DNA of 64,000 bases, taken from positions 4,576,001 through 4,640,000 of the forward strand of contig OZ223209.1 in NCBI GenBank assembly GCA_965140415.1, read 5' to 3'. Positions 9,934-20,455 of this stretch are shown piece by piece. This DNA comes from Myxococcota bacterium. Lineage in GTDB: Bacteria; Myxococcota_A; SURF-8. The translations under genes and the position numbers were made by a program. The notes beneath the pieces are model-generated. The model had not been told where the DNA came from. It did not search any database and saw only the letters and a list, made by a program, of their open reading frames with translations. Numbering within the stretch: the stretch's first letter is position 1; every line of letters begins with the position of its first letter.

Positions 9934-12075
9934 ATGAATTTTATAGGAAAAGACGGCGGACGGTTGGTCGGATTCGTGCTGGCGGTTTTTCTCGGCTTGT
10001 CCGTATTCTATGGAGGCGCTATGGCAAATGAGCCAGACGCCCCTGCCAATTCCGATGCGACCTCCCAGCAAGAGCCAAATATAGCAGCCCGTGAATACAT
10101 CCTGAACTCGCTATATTTTTGGGCGCAGAAAAATATCAGCGTTCAATTTTCATGGCCGAAACAGAAATACTCGGAGTGCTTCAACCGCGTCAATTATAAG
10201 ATCTCCTGTTCTTCAGAGGCTGCAATTACAAGAAGAGATTGGGTTGAGCTTACCGCCGCTGCAAAAGTGAAAATAAACAGCAATCTTCCATTCACGTGCC
10301 ATTATTACGTAAAATGGAACGACAAAGTGGATGGGCACTCATTTGATAAAAAAATCCGAAAGAGAAATGTATGGGTGCAATTTTCCGATCCCCACGAGCG
10401 GGTTAACTCGAATGCCTGGTTGAAGGGAGAGGCACAAATGTCATGCAAATTGCCGCTGAAAAACATCTCTCGTGTTGTCGGATTATCACAGGAAAAGATC
10501 CTTGCTTCCCTACCTCCCACTGCAAGGGGAGCAGAAAACATTAGCTGGTTTACACCGAAAACGTACAAGAATTCACTGATAGTTGACATCCCCGGGATGG
10601 GTAATTTCACATCGAAACTATCTAACGAGGAATGGATTTCTTTTAAAAAGGCTTTCTCTCCCAAATCGATTGTTACCACTGGCGCTCTTGTGGCAAAGGG
10701 TGAGCCTGTTGGCGCGAAAGCCAAAATTACAGGTTTGGGAAAAAAGAGCATGATTAAAACCCTGCCGTTCACCCTGGAAAATCTACGACTGGGTTTATAT
10801 ACCCTCTCTTTTTCGGCCAATGGCTACATGCCGCAAGAGTATAGCGTGTATATCGAGCCGGGCGTTTCAAACAGCATCGACGTTTCGTTGCAAAAGCAAT
10901 CGGACACGGGAGAACAAGCAAGCGGAGCAGAGGATAAGCAAAATCTTCCTCCGGACACCCCTATAAAGATTTCCGCCGGTAATAATAACGCTTGCGCTCT
11001 GTTTGCCGGAGGGACCGTCAAGTGCTGGGGAAATGAAACTTGGGTCGGAGATGGAGTAAATCGTTTAAAACCACTTGGAGACCAGCGTCCGATCAAACCC
11101 GTCACGGTTGCGCTTGGAGAAAAAGCGATCGATATAGCGGCCGGATCCAGTTCCTCCTGCGCCGTCACAAAGAGCGGAAAAGTGAAATGCTGGGGAAGCA
11201 ATTTTGAGGGAGCCCTTGGCGATGGTGGAAAAGCTGGAAAGTATTCAAATATGCCCGTTCTTGTTTCCGGATTGAAAGAGAAAGTCACCAGTATTGCAAG
11301 TGGTGAACTTAACAGGTGCGCCGTGGGTGTTTCCGGCAGGGTGTTTTGCTGGGGCTCTAATAGCGGTTCAGCTTGTGGACAGGCATATGTTTCAGGAGGA
11401 ACTAAAAAAGCAAGCATGGTTGCGGGAGCGAATAACGCGGTTTCCGTTTTGATCGGCGAAGAACACGGCTGCCATCATACCAGAATCGGGCAGATCTATT
11501 GCTGGGGTAAATGTTCCCGAGGTCAATGCGGAAACGAAAGCTATTACAAGGCTAATAAATATAAGAGCTCCCTTGTGCCAATGCTTACAGAGGGCATTGA
11601 AAAAAATATAAAATCCATTTCGTCACGATACCGGCACAGCTGCGCACTTCTTGATAACGGCAAAATCAAATGCTGGGGCTGGAATGAGTATGGTCAGCTT
11701 GGAAACGGACAAATGGGAAAAGGAAACGAATCGGCCCTGCCAATTTACGTTGAAGGCCTACCGGATGCCACCATTGATGTTTCAGTTGGCTATAAACACA
11801 CCTGCGCCGTAATGGCGAATGGCGATGCATACTGCTGGGGCGCTAATTATTCCGGCGAGTGCGGTACAGGCAGAAAATCGCCGGGGGAAATCGCAAGACC
11901 TGCCAAAGTAACCATCACGAATGAAAAGATACGGGATATTTCTTGTGGACGTAACTTAACTTGTGCCATTACCGAAAGCCGGAAAGTGCTTTGCTGGGGC
12001 GAAAACCGTGATGGCCAATGCGGGAATAGTGAGAAAAGTTATGTAATCGAGCAAGCCGTTGAAGTTAAATTCTGA
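9934..12075 (+). CDS. Secreted RCC1/BLIP-II repeat protein with PEGA-like domain
   Basis: Signal peptide; LPFTLENLRLGLYTLSFSANGY (PEGA-like); seven xCWGxNxxGxxG-type repeats. Confidence 0.85.
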   Translation: MNFIGKDGGRLVGFVLAVFLGLSVFYGGAMANEPDAPANSDATSQQEPNIAAREYILNSLYFWAQKNISVQFSWPKQKYSECFNRVNYKISCSSEAAITRRDWVELTAAAKVKINSNLPFTCHYYVKWNDKVDGHSFDKKIRKRNVWVQFSDPHERVNSNAWLKGEAQMSCKLPLKNISRVVGLSQEKILASLPPTARGAENISWFTPKTYKNSLIVDIPGMGNFTSKLSNEEWISFKKAFSPKSIVTTGALVAKGEPVGAKAKITGLGKKSMIKTLPFTLENLRLGLYTLSFSANGYMPQEYSVYIEPGVSNSIDVSLQKQSDTGEQASGAEDKQNLPPDTPIKISAGNNNACALFAGGTVKCWGNETWVGDGVNRLKPLGDQRPIKPVTVALGEKAIDIAAGSSSSCAVTKSGKVKCWGSNFEGALGDGGKAGKYSNMPVLVSGLKEKVTSIASGELNRCAVGVSGRVFCWGSNSGSACGQAYVSGGTKKASMVAGANNAVSVLIGEEHGCHHTRIGQIYCWGKCSRGQCGNESYYKANKYKSSLVPMLTEGIEKNIKSISSRYRHSCALLDNGKIKCWGWNEYGQLGNGQMGKGNESALPIYVEGLPDATIDVSVGYKHTCAVMANGDAYCWGANYSGECGTGRKSPGEIARPAKVTITNEKIRDISCGRNLTCAITESRKVLCWGENRDGQCGNSEKSYVIEQAVEVKF

Positions 12076-12325
12076 TTACGGAGGTTATAGCGAGCGACAA
12101 CCTCTTTTCGAAATCACTCCAAATTTCCGCTATCCGGGTCTTCGATTGAAACCGAATCGATGTCCCGGAAGTTTCGATTATAGATAGCCATTTGATTGCA
12201 GCGGAAGTCCATGACTTACCCACCGGTGGAGGCTGCGAGTAATTCCGAAAATACGGCAAGTTTTAATCGTTAGATGAATCCTTAAACGATTGTCACTCAC
12301 GACTTATCACAAACCATGATCCCGG

Positions 12326-12354
12326 TTGACACATCGTTCTAGAATCAGTAGAAT
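12326..12354 (+). promoter_or_regulatory. Candidate sigma70 promoter
   Basis: TTGACA-17 nt-TAGAAT about 105 nt upstream of ATG 12461. Confidence 0.55.
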
Positions 12355-12460
12355 CTCCCCATCGTACGGGACTTACAAAAGTTTACGAAACAAAAGACCA
12401 TCGCGTGTGCAATCGAGGATTGTAAGGATGGGCTTGGTATATCCAGGAAGTGAGCATCAC

Positions 12461-14449
12461 ATGAAAAAAAGTACAGCAGTCGGAATCATTTTGTGGATGG
12501 CGGTGTTGTTAGGGCTTCTGGCAGGTTGTTCCGATTCGATCCTGCAAGATCGCAATGACGACCCGGATGGCGATACACAACAAAACGAGCCGGACGGTGA
12601 CGACGGCAACCAGAATCCGATTACACCCCATCTGCCGATTATCGATGGCGATTCTACCGACGGTGACTCCTCGACAGATGGCGACAACTCCCCCGACGGA
12701 GACAATTCTATAGACGGTGACAATTCCACCGATGGTGACACGCCAATAGATGGCGACACTCCGGTGGACGGCGATCACAATCCCGACGGCGATAACCTGC
12801 CGGACGGCGATGTTTTCCCCGATGGCGATACGCCGGTAGACGGGGACACTCCCGTGGATGGCGATTACCCGAGCCTCACCTGCGATTTCGATTCGACCGC
12901 GCGCTTTCCTATTGCAAACGTTCAGCCGCAGCAGGTTGCATTCGGCGGCATCCCGCTCGGACAACTAAGCAGCCGGTGGGTGACGATCTGCAACATGGGT
13001 GGCGCAACACTGCAACTTAATTCAGCAGAGCTTAGCCGGGAAACGAGCCGGGAATACTATCTCGACCAAGTTTCCATCGTCGCCTTTCCCGTCCAACTTG
13101 CACCAGGAGAAGGAATAATCCTCCAGATTTTCTACGCCCCGGCGGATGCAGGAACGGATAACGGCGAATTGATCATCACGACCAACGATCCGGACCGAAC
13201 CGAAATCCAGATACCGCTCAGCGGCGAGGCGACCTTCGAAACCTCAGTGGTCATCGATCCTCGCACCTTGATTTTCAATGAAAACAATGTCGGCAGCACC
13301 AAAACGTTCTCCATTCAAAACCAGGGCGATATTTCCGTCACGGTAGAAGACATCAGCCTGCTTTCCCTTGGTTTGACGATCTTTTCCATCGACCATATCG
13401 AACTGGCCGCAGCTCCAGCCGCCGATGAAGGCCCCTGGACCTTGCCAAAGAATACCACCATGATCGTCTACATTCGCCTTCATGAAGCCATGCCCGGCTT
13501 TACCGATCAGGCCCAGGTTTCCTGGAGCGATGGGGATATGCTGCACACCGAGCAGGTTCTGTTGACCTTCCCCTCTGATGAAGACACCTGTGCGGTCGCA
13601 AACATCCAGCCTGCCGTATCGGAAGCGGTTGTGGAAGATCTGGTTCCCCTGGATGCCAGCAGTTCCTACGATCCCAATGGGACCATCATGCAATATCGCT
13701 GGAGCTTCGATAGGATTCCCTCAGCCGGAGGCGAAGCAGTTATATTCAATCAGTCGCACAACGACATCACCGATATTTGGAGCGCAGAGGCGAAACCGAA
13801 GGTGCTGGTGCCCGTCTCCGGAACCTATGTCGTGCGCTTGTCTGTAAGAGATTCTGAATCGGATTGTACCGGCGTGCATGAAGCGACGGCGACTATCGAA
13901 GTCGAAGAAAACGTCCTGGCCGCAGATATCCATCTGGAACTGACTTGGAACATTCCCAATAACGATCACGATCTGCACCTGATCCAGCCGGGCGGCTTCC
14001 ATTCACGCAACTGCTCCGACGGCAACCAGACCGATTGCCACTGGTGCAACTGCGCCACGCAGGGTGGCACGGCGACGCCTTGTCCCCCTCGCGGCTGCCC
14101 CGGCCCGGCAGAAGCTCCCGACTGGGGAGAGATCGGCAATCGCGACGACGATCCACGCCTGGACCTCGACGACATCCAGGGAATGGGACCGGAATACATC
14201 AACTACAATTTACCGGCTTCAGGCGATTATACCGTCACGGTGGAAAACTATTCGGGATCGACCAACGTAACCAGCACGGTCCGCGTGTACCTGCGCGGCG
14301 AATTGGCCGAAACCTTCACCTATGGACCACCCGACGACACGAATGGATTCCCATCCAACAGCCACTGGAATGTATGTACTTTGCGTGTGGCAGCACCGGA
14401 TGACGTTACGATCATTCCGTTGGGAACGGTGGAAGACTCCACTTACTGA
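12461..14449 (+). CDS. Surface lipoprotein: DGD linker, ASH/choice-of-anchor-D Ig domains, PKD-like domain, YfaP-like C-terminal domain
   Basis: Lipobox LLAGC; TICNMGGATL...TNDPD Ig motif; LDASSSYDPNGTIMQYRW (PKD-like); ELTW...DHDLHL...LDLDD...GPEYI (YfaP/DUF2135-like). Confidence 0.75.
   Translation: MKKSTAVGIILWMAVLLGLLAGCSDSILQDRNDDPDGDTQQNEPDGDDGNQNPITPHLPIIDGDSTDGDSSTDGDNSPDGDNSIDGDNSTDGDTPIDGDTPVDGDHNPDGDNLPDGDVFPDGDTPVDGDTPVDGDYPSLTCDFDSTARFPIANVQPQQVAFGGIPLGQLSSRWVTICNMGGATLQLNSAELSRETSREYYLDQVSIVAFPVQLAPGEGIILQIFYAPADAGTDNGELIITTNDPDRTEIQIPLSGEATFETSVVIDPRTLIFNENNVGSTKTFSIQNQGDISVTVEDISLLSLGLTIFSIDHIELAAAPAADEGPWTLPKNTTMIVYIRLHEAMPGFTDQAQVSWSDGDMLHTEQVLLTFPSDEDTCAVANIQPAVSEAVVEDLVPLDASSSYDPNGTIMQYRWSFDRIPSAGGEAVIFNQSHNDITDIWSAEAKPKVLVPVSGTYVVRLSVRDSESDCTGVHEATATIEVEENVLAADIHLELTWNIPNNDHDLHLIQPGGFHSRNCSDGNQTDCHWCNCATQGGTATPCPPRGCPGPAEAPDWGEIGNRDDDPRLDLDDIQGMGPEYINYNLPASGDYTVTVENYSGSTNVTSTVRVYLRGELAETFTYGPPDDTNGFPSNSHWNVCTLRVAAPDDVTIIPLGTVEDSTY
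12644..12865 (+). repeat. Coding tandem repeat, mostly 18 bp (DGDxxx), 13 DGD units
   Basis: DGDST DGDSST DGDNSP DGDNSI ... DGDTPV DGDY read directly. Confidence 0.9.
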
Positions 14450-14629
14450 CACCGAGTAAAATTCATGTGACTTATCAGTTACGGTTCGCGTTCTTCTAAT
14501 TTAATATCAGTTGTTCGGTTTTGTATTGACAAGCCGGTGCAAGTGAACTATGGAAGTAATGTTTGTAAAGCGCATGCTTTACAAACGTTGACGTGTATTC
14601 ATTACTGTACAATCAGCAAAGGGGTGAAC

Positions 14630-15322
14630 ATGAAACGAACGAGAATGCTTTCATTTGGAATCAGCTTGTGCGCGGTCGTATTGCTACTGGCGGCCTGTGG
14701 CGCTCCCTACACCTTGGTCGAGTCCAGCATGCACAGCCTTTCTCCGCAGCGCAGCCAGATCGCCGTGGCCGTCTGGCAGGACGGCGACTACGATTCCGAT
14801 CCCAGCGAATTGCAGGCCTACCTGACTGTCGCGCTGGTAAACAAAGGCTTCAAAGCGCGCGCCTTCAACCTGGAAATGCTGTTCGGGCGTTCCTATCTCA
14901 AACGCCTGATGACCGGCGATCTGTATGCGCCCACCGACGGCATGGTCGCCGGAATGAAAAAGGGCGGCATGATCGAAGGCGATGCGGCGGCCCTGGAAGA
15001 TTTCATTCCGCGCACCGAAAAACTGGATGAAGTGGCGCGTTACAAGACCATGGAAAAACTGGCCAAAGATCTGCCGGGCGACTGGGACTACAACTACCTG
15101 ATGGTCGTGCATCAGTTCGACACTTGGAGCTTCGCTTCTTACGTGATCGACATCGAATCCAAAGACGTCGTGAACATGGTCGTGCTCTCCGGTAGCCGCG
15201 ACGGCTTCATCAATGCGCTGAATCAACCCAAGATCGGCAAGGTCGGTTCCGACGCTCAGGATGGCGACGTCAGCCGCCTGCACTGGCTGCGTCTTGCGGG
15301 ATACCTTGTGGACCGCCTGTAA
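14630..15322 (+). CDS. Hypothetical lipoprotein
   Basis: MKRTRM start after GGGGTG; lipobox LLAAC; coding-like codon usage. Confidence 0.75.
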   Translation: MKRTRMLSFGISLCAVVLLLAACGAPYTLVESSMHSLSPQRSQIAVAVWQDGDYDSDPSELQAYLTVALVNKGFKARAFNLEMLFGRSYLKRLMTGDLYAPTDGMVAGMKKGGMIEGDAAALEDFIPRTEKLDEVARYKTMEKLAKDLPGDWDYNYLMVVHQFDTWSFASYVIDIESKDVVNMVVLSGSRDGFINALNQPKIGKVGSDAQDGDVSRLHWLRLAGYLVDRL

Positions 15323-15334
15323 AGGGGGACCAAC

Positions 15335-15760
15335 ATGTCAAGCAAACGACTGCTGATCCTACTTGTTGTGGCTTTACTGGCATTTAGCCTGGCTTTCGAT
15401 GCCTCCGCCGCGACAAAGAGAAAAAGCAAGAAAAAATCGAAACGTAAAAGAGCTTCCGTCGTAAAACTGGAGAAAAAACTGGATCAAGCAGAAGTGAAGA
15501 TCCAGCAGTTGCAGCAAAAACTGGACGCTGCCGTAGCCGCTGCCAAGCAAGCCAAGAAAAAAGCGGCGGTCGCTTCCGGTGATCCGAACGCGGTGGCTGC
15601 CGGAAAGCTGCGCATCAGCTGGTCTCCGGATCTCGGTAATGAAGACAAACCCAAAGCCCAGCCGAAGCCGTCCAAAAGACTGCGCTTCCGCTGGGGTGCA
15701 GCAGCGGGTCAGAAATCTGCCGGAGGAGAACTCTCCGACTGGATGGACGTCTTCCACTAA
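15335..15760 (+). CDS. Hypothetical secreted Lys-rich coiled-coil protein
   Basis: Signal peptide ending ASA; KRKSKKKSKRKR tract; coiled coil; 12 nt downstream of previous stop. Confidence 0.7.
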   Translation: MSSKRLLILLVVALLAFSLAFDASAATKRKSKKKSKRKRASVVKLEKKLDQAEVKIQQLQQKLDAAVAAAKQAKKKAAVASGDPNAVAAGKLRISWSPDLGNEDKPKAQPKPSKRLRFRWGAAAGQKSAGGELSDWMDVFH

Positions 15761-15810
15761 CCGCTAGCAGCTCCGGTCATAGTTACTATGGCCAAACAGA
15801 GGCCCTCCGT

Positions 15811-15848
15811 CCCCCCGTAGTCCACTGTGATTGCGGGGGGATTCTTTT
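15811..15848 (+). terminator. Rho-independent terminator
   Basis: CCCCCCGTAG...TTGCGGGGGG stem followed by ATTCTTTT. Confidence 0.6.
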
Positions 15849-16080
15849 GCCAGCCTTACATCTCTTTAAACGATCTGGACATGTAGATACATTTTAGCAA
15901 TGTCAGGTGAAATTAACCGACCTGCCCGATTTTGTATTTTCCGCCTCCCATCATCTCACAATATCGCTTGACATGGACAGGATGAAGCCATAATAATTCG
16001 CAAGGTCAGAATTGAAATGCCATCGTTTGACAAGCCTGGCAGTAACGGATCCATCTTAAAAAAACTATAGTTGTTTAGAA

Positions 16081-18174
16081 GTGTTAGCGCAGTCCATGAA
16101 TGCTTCTTCCATATATATATTGCATGACCTGTTATATGAAACCTGTACCATACTACTCAGGGCATCGGAGATAAGTATCGCTTTTCTGATTCTTGTTTTT
16201 CTCCACAATCGTTATCTTCAGAAAATAACCAACAAAATCAAATGCGTACGAAAGGAACAACTATTTCCCGTAATCTATTCGAGTCTTGTTGCTCTGTCAT
16301 TCAATTACTTACTGCTCAATGCAATCGACGCTTTTCCTGTCGAGCATTCCAGGTATATTTCGTGGCCTATATCCACCATGGCTATTCTCATCCTTTTTGC
16401 CATGGCCACGAATGATTACAAAACAAGGAAATATCATATTGAACTTATTTCAATAGTAATCTTTGCCGACATTTCATGCGCATTCGCCGACAGCCAATTA
16501 TTCGATCAAGGATTCAAACCCCTATGGCTTAAGGGCATTGCGTGGGACTTGTTGCTTAAAATAAATGTCCCAATTATCGAGCAATTCGATGTAACACTGA
16601 AAAATTTATATATAAATAATTTACATACGATAGGGACCATTGCTATCGATTGGGTGGCAGAATACTTATTCCCATTAAGCATGGCATTGTCACTTCTTAT
16701 TGCCTCCACGTTGATTCGGTCGTTTAAGCCGTTGGTTTACCATTCATCCAGCAAAACGCCTTATGAATTCCATAGGAAGAATATTCCTCTGCTTATTTTT
16801 GCATTGGCATTGATCTTAGCCCTTTTACTTTCAAGCATGCCATACTTGGGTAATGAATATTCCACATCACATTTGCGTGATTCTTCACAGAGCGAAGAAC
16901 CACTTTGGAGATTATCACCTGAAGTTTCCCGTTCATTCGAGCCACTTATGGAAACAGGGAAATGTCAACTCCATCAAATTCGTATCTCAGAGGATGAAAT
17001 TTATTGTCGCTTTGAAGACGGAAAGGCATGGTTTTCCGGCACCATTTTTCACAGGCAAAACGGTATGGATCTGGGGCTACAAGAAAATTCGATGATATCC
17101 GCAGATGGAAATTCGATTTTCGAGTACGAGCGACTTCCCACTTCCAGCGATTGTCTCCACTTTGTCAAATCGGGCGTAACACCACTACTGAATACGATTA
17201 CCTGGGAGACGACGCATCGTGAAAGAATGAAATCGCTATCGCAACCTGTTACGCTTGAAAATGAAGAAGCCAACCTGTTTTCAGACCTTGAGTCATGGAT
17301 TCGCGACAACAGTTTTCAATTGGCAATACTCTTTACTCTCTTACTGTATATTTTGACTGTCACCTCTGTTACTCCAACTTCTCGTAGGGGGTTGCTTATT
17401 GGATTGCTGCTTCTTTTTTCGGGATATTTCCACTGGTTTGATCATACTTCCAGTATCAGTTACATTTTGTTCTCAATAGGACTTGGAGCTGGAGTTTTGT
17501 TGGTCACGATAAACGGTGTGAGGCTTTTACCGAGACGTTTCCGAAAGCAAGGACGAATTATTCTATTATGTCTGTTGTTGTCCAGCATAACGATTGCAAC
17601 GATCCTAACGGTACTATGCTGCATCATGTGCTCCATGGGATTTCTTCATGTTCCCGATGTCCCTGATTCGCGAAGGAAGCAGAATACTTTTATAGCAAAA
17701 AGAGTAATCGTCTCATGTGTTATTCTTTTTGTTCTGACTATTGGTAGTTGCGGAATATTCAAGAAAGTTGAAACTCTTGCGCTGCAAAACATTGAGTTGT
17801 CCAGTCAAGGAAAGCAAGAATCGGTTTTACTTATCCCGCTTCCAACTATTGATGCGGAACCTCTTGGTTTGGTGCAAGAAAGGGCTCAGTTGGCTTGTAA
17901 AAAAGAGAATAAGAATCTTGTTCGAATTGATCAAATCAAGCAGTCTTGCAACGAATATTCTCAAAGTGCGCTTAACAACAAGATGGATAAAATCTTGGGA
18001 AAAGAGAAAATTATTCTTGCCGATTCAACCAATGGAGCCGCTGTCATCGTTGCAGGAGGGGGAATAATTGGACGTAATTGGGAAACCATCTGTCCGGTTG
18101 TTTTTTTACAACCTCCATCCATGCTCGTCGATGAAAGTTTTTCAATTACAGACCCTGTGGCGCTATGCCAGTGA
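16081..18174 (+). CDS. Hypothetical AT-rich multi-pass membrane protein
   Basis: 697-aa ORF with two blocks of TM helices and two soluble Cys-containing segments; no recognisable family; start uncertain. Confidence 0.6.
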   Translation: MLAQSMNASSIYILHDLLYETCTILLRASEISIAFLILVFLHNRYLQKITNKIKCVRKEQLFPVIYSSLVALSFNYLLLNAIDAFPVEHSRYISWPISTMAILILFAMATNDYKTRKYHIELISIVIFADISCAFADSQLFDQGFKPLWLKGIAWDLLLKINVPIIEQFDVTLKNLYINNLHTIGTIAIDWVAEYLFPLSMALSLLIASTLIRSFKPLVYHSSSKTPYEFHRKNIPLLIFALALILALLLSSMPYLGNEYSTSHLRDSSQSEEPLWRLSPEVSRSFEPLMETGKCQLHQIRISEDEIYCRFEDGKAWFSGTIFHRQNGMDLGLQENSMISADGNSIFEYERLPTSSDCLHFVKSGVTPLLNTITWETTHRERMKSLSQPVTLENEEANLFSDLESWIRDNSFQLAILFTLLLYILTVTSVTPTSRRGLLIGLLLLFSGYFHWFDHTSSISYILFSIGLGAGVLLVTINGVRLLPRRFRKQGRIILLCLLLSSITIATILTVLCCIMCSMGFLHVPDVPDSRRKQNTFIAKRVIVSCVILFVLTIGSCGIFKKVETLALQNIELSSQGKQESVLLIPLPTIDAEPLGLVQERAQLACKKENKNLVRIDQIKQSCNEYSQSALNNKMDKILGKEKIILADSTNGAAVIVAGGGIIGRNWETICPVVFLQPPSMLVDESFSITDPVALCQ

Positions 18175-18202
18175 TAAACAAAACCAACAAAAAGCATTTC
18201 TA

Positions 18203-19120
18203 GAAGCCATCTCAAAAATGCCTGAGCAGTATAATAGCGCATCCTAACAGCAGAAATCCTTCATAATTGATTTCGTTATACTCCCATCGAACCACGAGCC
18301 TGCGGAAGTTGTGCAGCCAGGCAAACAGTCTTTCCACCTTCCAACGGCGTACATAGCGGCGTAGCGCCCGACCATCCTGGGTTTTATCTTTCTTCCGGTT
18401 GCCCTTGTGCGGCGCAATCATTTCAATGCCACGTTCCTCAAGAAGTCTCTCATCCAGTGGATCGCTGTCATACGCCTTGTCTCCGATCAACCTCTCCGGC
18501 GAGCCTTCGGTTACAACAGCATCCAGCGTTTCTTCCACTAAGGTCACTTCGTGCGGCGAAGCGCTTGTTGTGCATACGGCGACAGGAAGACCAGCGCTGT
18601 CAACGATCGCCATGATCTTACAGCCCTTTCCCCGCTTGGTTTTCCCGACTTTGAGCCCCCCTTTTTAGCGGAAGAAAAACTCCCGTCGATGAAGCACTCG
18701 GAGAGGTCGATTCCGCCGCGTTGCTCAAGGTCACGCGCAAGTTCCTGAAGAATCCTCTGCATGATACCGGCCTCGTTCCAATTTTGAAAGCGTCGATGCA
18801 CTGTCTGATAAGGCGGATATCTGCGTGGAAGATCCTTCCAGGGAGCGCCGGTTCTCAGAACCCAAAGGATGCCGTTCATGATGGCGCGGTCATCCTGTGC
18901 GGGTCTCCCGCGTTTTCCGGGTTGGCTTTTGTGAGGCGGCAGCAGCGGCTCGATCAGGCTCCATTGTTCGTTGGTCAGTTCCATCGAAAGCACCTGTAGA
19001 TATTAAGTATATTATATACAGTATATCATAGTGGGGCAAAATTTCACTCAGACTACACTGGGAGACGAATAGTTCTGAAATATCAGATGTTTGGGATTAT
19101 GCTATTTTTGAGATGGCTTC
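18203..19120 (-). mobile_element. IS5-family (IS427-like) insertion sequence
   Basis: 17-bp perfect TIRs GAAGCCATCTCAAAAAT (18203-18219; 19104-19120) flanked by TA on both sides (CTAG junctions). Confidence 0.9.
18212..18984 (-). CDS. IS5-family DDE transposase, two ORFs joined by -1 frameshift
   Basis: ORF A: LTNEQW...[16 protein letters not shown]...IDGS. ORF B: GDKAYDS...[11 protein letters not shown]. Slippery AAAAAGGGGGG at 18666-18656. Confidence 0.9.
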
Positions 19121-19141
19121 TAGTAATCGATAGGCTCTCCT

Positions 19142-20455
19142 CTATTCCGATATTTCCATATCTCCGTCTATTTCAACATCACCATCCTCATTATCTGGTG
19201 GTGTAAAAGTGCCCCTAACGCAAGTCGCCCAGAATTTATCTGCTGTCGTTTTATAATATGAACCTATGTATGGGTCTGCAGACCCAGAATGGCTTGCTAA
19301 GACAGTCATAATCCAGGCACTATCAGTGTAATCTGAACGTTCTGTAGAAGACCACAGGTAATAGTACTTACTTCCTACATCTCCCATTTCATCTGGAAAA
19401 TATGCCCCATATTGATTAGGTTCATCGTATATACCACAACCAGCTTGGCAATAGCTGAATAGTTCATTTTCAGAATCTTCCAGAAAACAGTCCCTTGAAG
19501 TGCAATCGTCATACACCCTACAGGTTCCGCCATATTCAAGGAACTTACAATCCCTTACCAGCGAGCGCAACTCTGAGATCGACGGCAGCCGCCAGTCGTC
19601 GCCGAATAGGTCCAAATTAGCGCAGTAGTCCACGGCATCATACCAATCCATTTTTTGGGTTGGGATGTTAGTCAGCCAATCGAGGCCTGTGGTTTCGTCC
19701 GTGTAAATGTAATCAGAGATATCCAAGTCGGCGTCAGAATCGCCATCCTCATTATTTGGTGGTGTAAAAGTACCCCGAACGCAAGTTGCCCAAGATTTAG
19801 TACTCGTTTTATTCTCTAAGCCTATGTATTGGCCTGTAGATACAGAAGAGCTTGCAAAAACAGTTATAATCCAGGCTCCATTTGAGTTATGTGAACGTTC
19901 TGTAGAAGACCACAGGTAATAGTACTTACTTCCTACATCTCCCATTTCATCTGGAAAATATGCCCCATATTGATTAGGTTCATCGTCCATTCCACATCCT
20001 ATCGAGCAATAGCTGAATAGATCGTCTTCAGATTCCTCAAAATAGCAGTCATCTGAAATACAATCGTCATACACTCTACATGTTCCGCCATATTCAAGGA
20101 ACTTACAATCCCTTACCAGCGAGCGCAACTCCGAAATCGACGGCAGCCGCCAGTCGTCGCCGAATAATTCCAGGTTAGCGCAGTAGTCCACGGCATCATA
20201 CCAATCCATTTTTTGGGTTGGGATGTCAGTCAGCCAGTCAAGGCCTGTGGTTTCGTCCGTGTAAATGTAATCAGAGATATCCAAGTCGGCGTCAGAATCG
20301 CCTTGTTGGTTTTCTATCGAATCTTCATCGGCGTCGTAATCGCCTTGTTGGTTTTCTACTGTATCTTCATCGCCGCCATTACTACGATCGTTACAGGCAA
20401 TCAAGGCGATCATGAACAGAAACAGTATGATGAACTTTAACGTGTATGTTTTCAT
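19142..20455 (-). CDS. Lipoprotein with two tandem DUF1566 (Lcl C-terminal, C-type lectin-like) domains
   Basis: Lipobox LIAC; twice TDETTGLDW...WYDAVDYC...DWRLPSISELRSL...LWSST...CVR. Confidence 0.85.
   Translation of the reverse strand: MKTYTLKFIILFLFMIALIACNDRSNGGDEDTVENQQGDYDADEDSIENQQGDSDADLDISDYIYTDETTGLDWLTDIPTQKMDWYDAVDYCANLELFGDDWRLPSISELRSLVRDCKFLEYGGTCRVYDDCISDDCYFEESEDDLFSYCSIGCGMDDEPNQYGAYFPDEMGDVGSKYYYLWSSTERSHNSNGAWIITVFASSSVSTGQYIGLENKTSTKSWATCVRGTFTPPNNEDGDSDADLDISDYIYTDETTGLDWLTNIPTQKMDWYDAVDYCANLDLFGDDWRLPSISELRSLVRDCKFLEYGGTCRVYDDCTSRDCFLEDSENELFSYCQAGCGIYDEPNQYGAYFPDEMGDVGSKYYYLWSSTERSDYTDSAWIMTVLASHSGSADPYIGSYYKTTADKFWATCVRGTFTPPDNEDGDVEIDGDMEISE
19181..20302 (-). repeat. 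Intragenic tandem duplication, about 560 bp
   Basis: Identical marker GTGTAAATGTAATCAGAGATATCC at 19701 and 20259 (offset 558 bp). Confidence 0.9.

Noticed and set aside
19142-20455. Diversity-generating retroelement (VR/TR pair)
   Set aside because: There is no reverse transcriptase in the window and both copies are in-frame coding. The differences include a one-codon indel and synonymous changes not involving A (GTT/GTC, GGT/GGC), unlike a TR-VR pair. A DGR acting in trans cannot be excluded.
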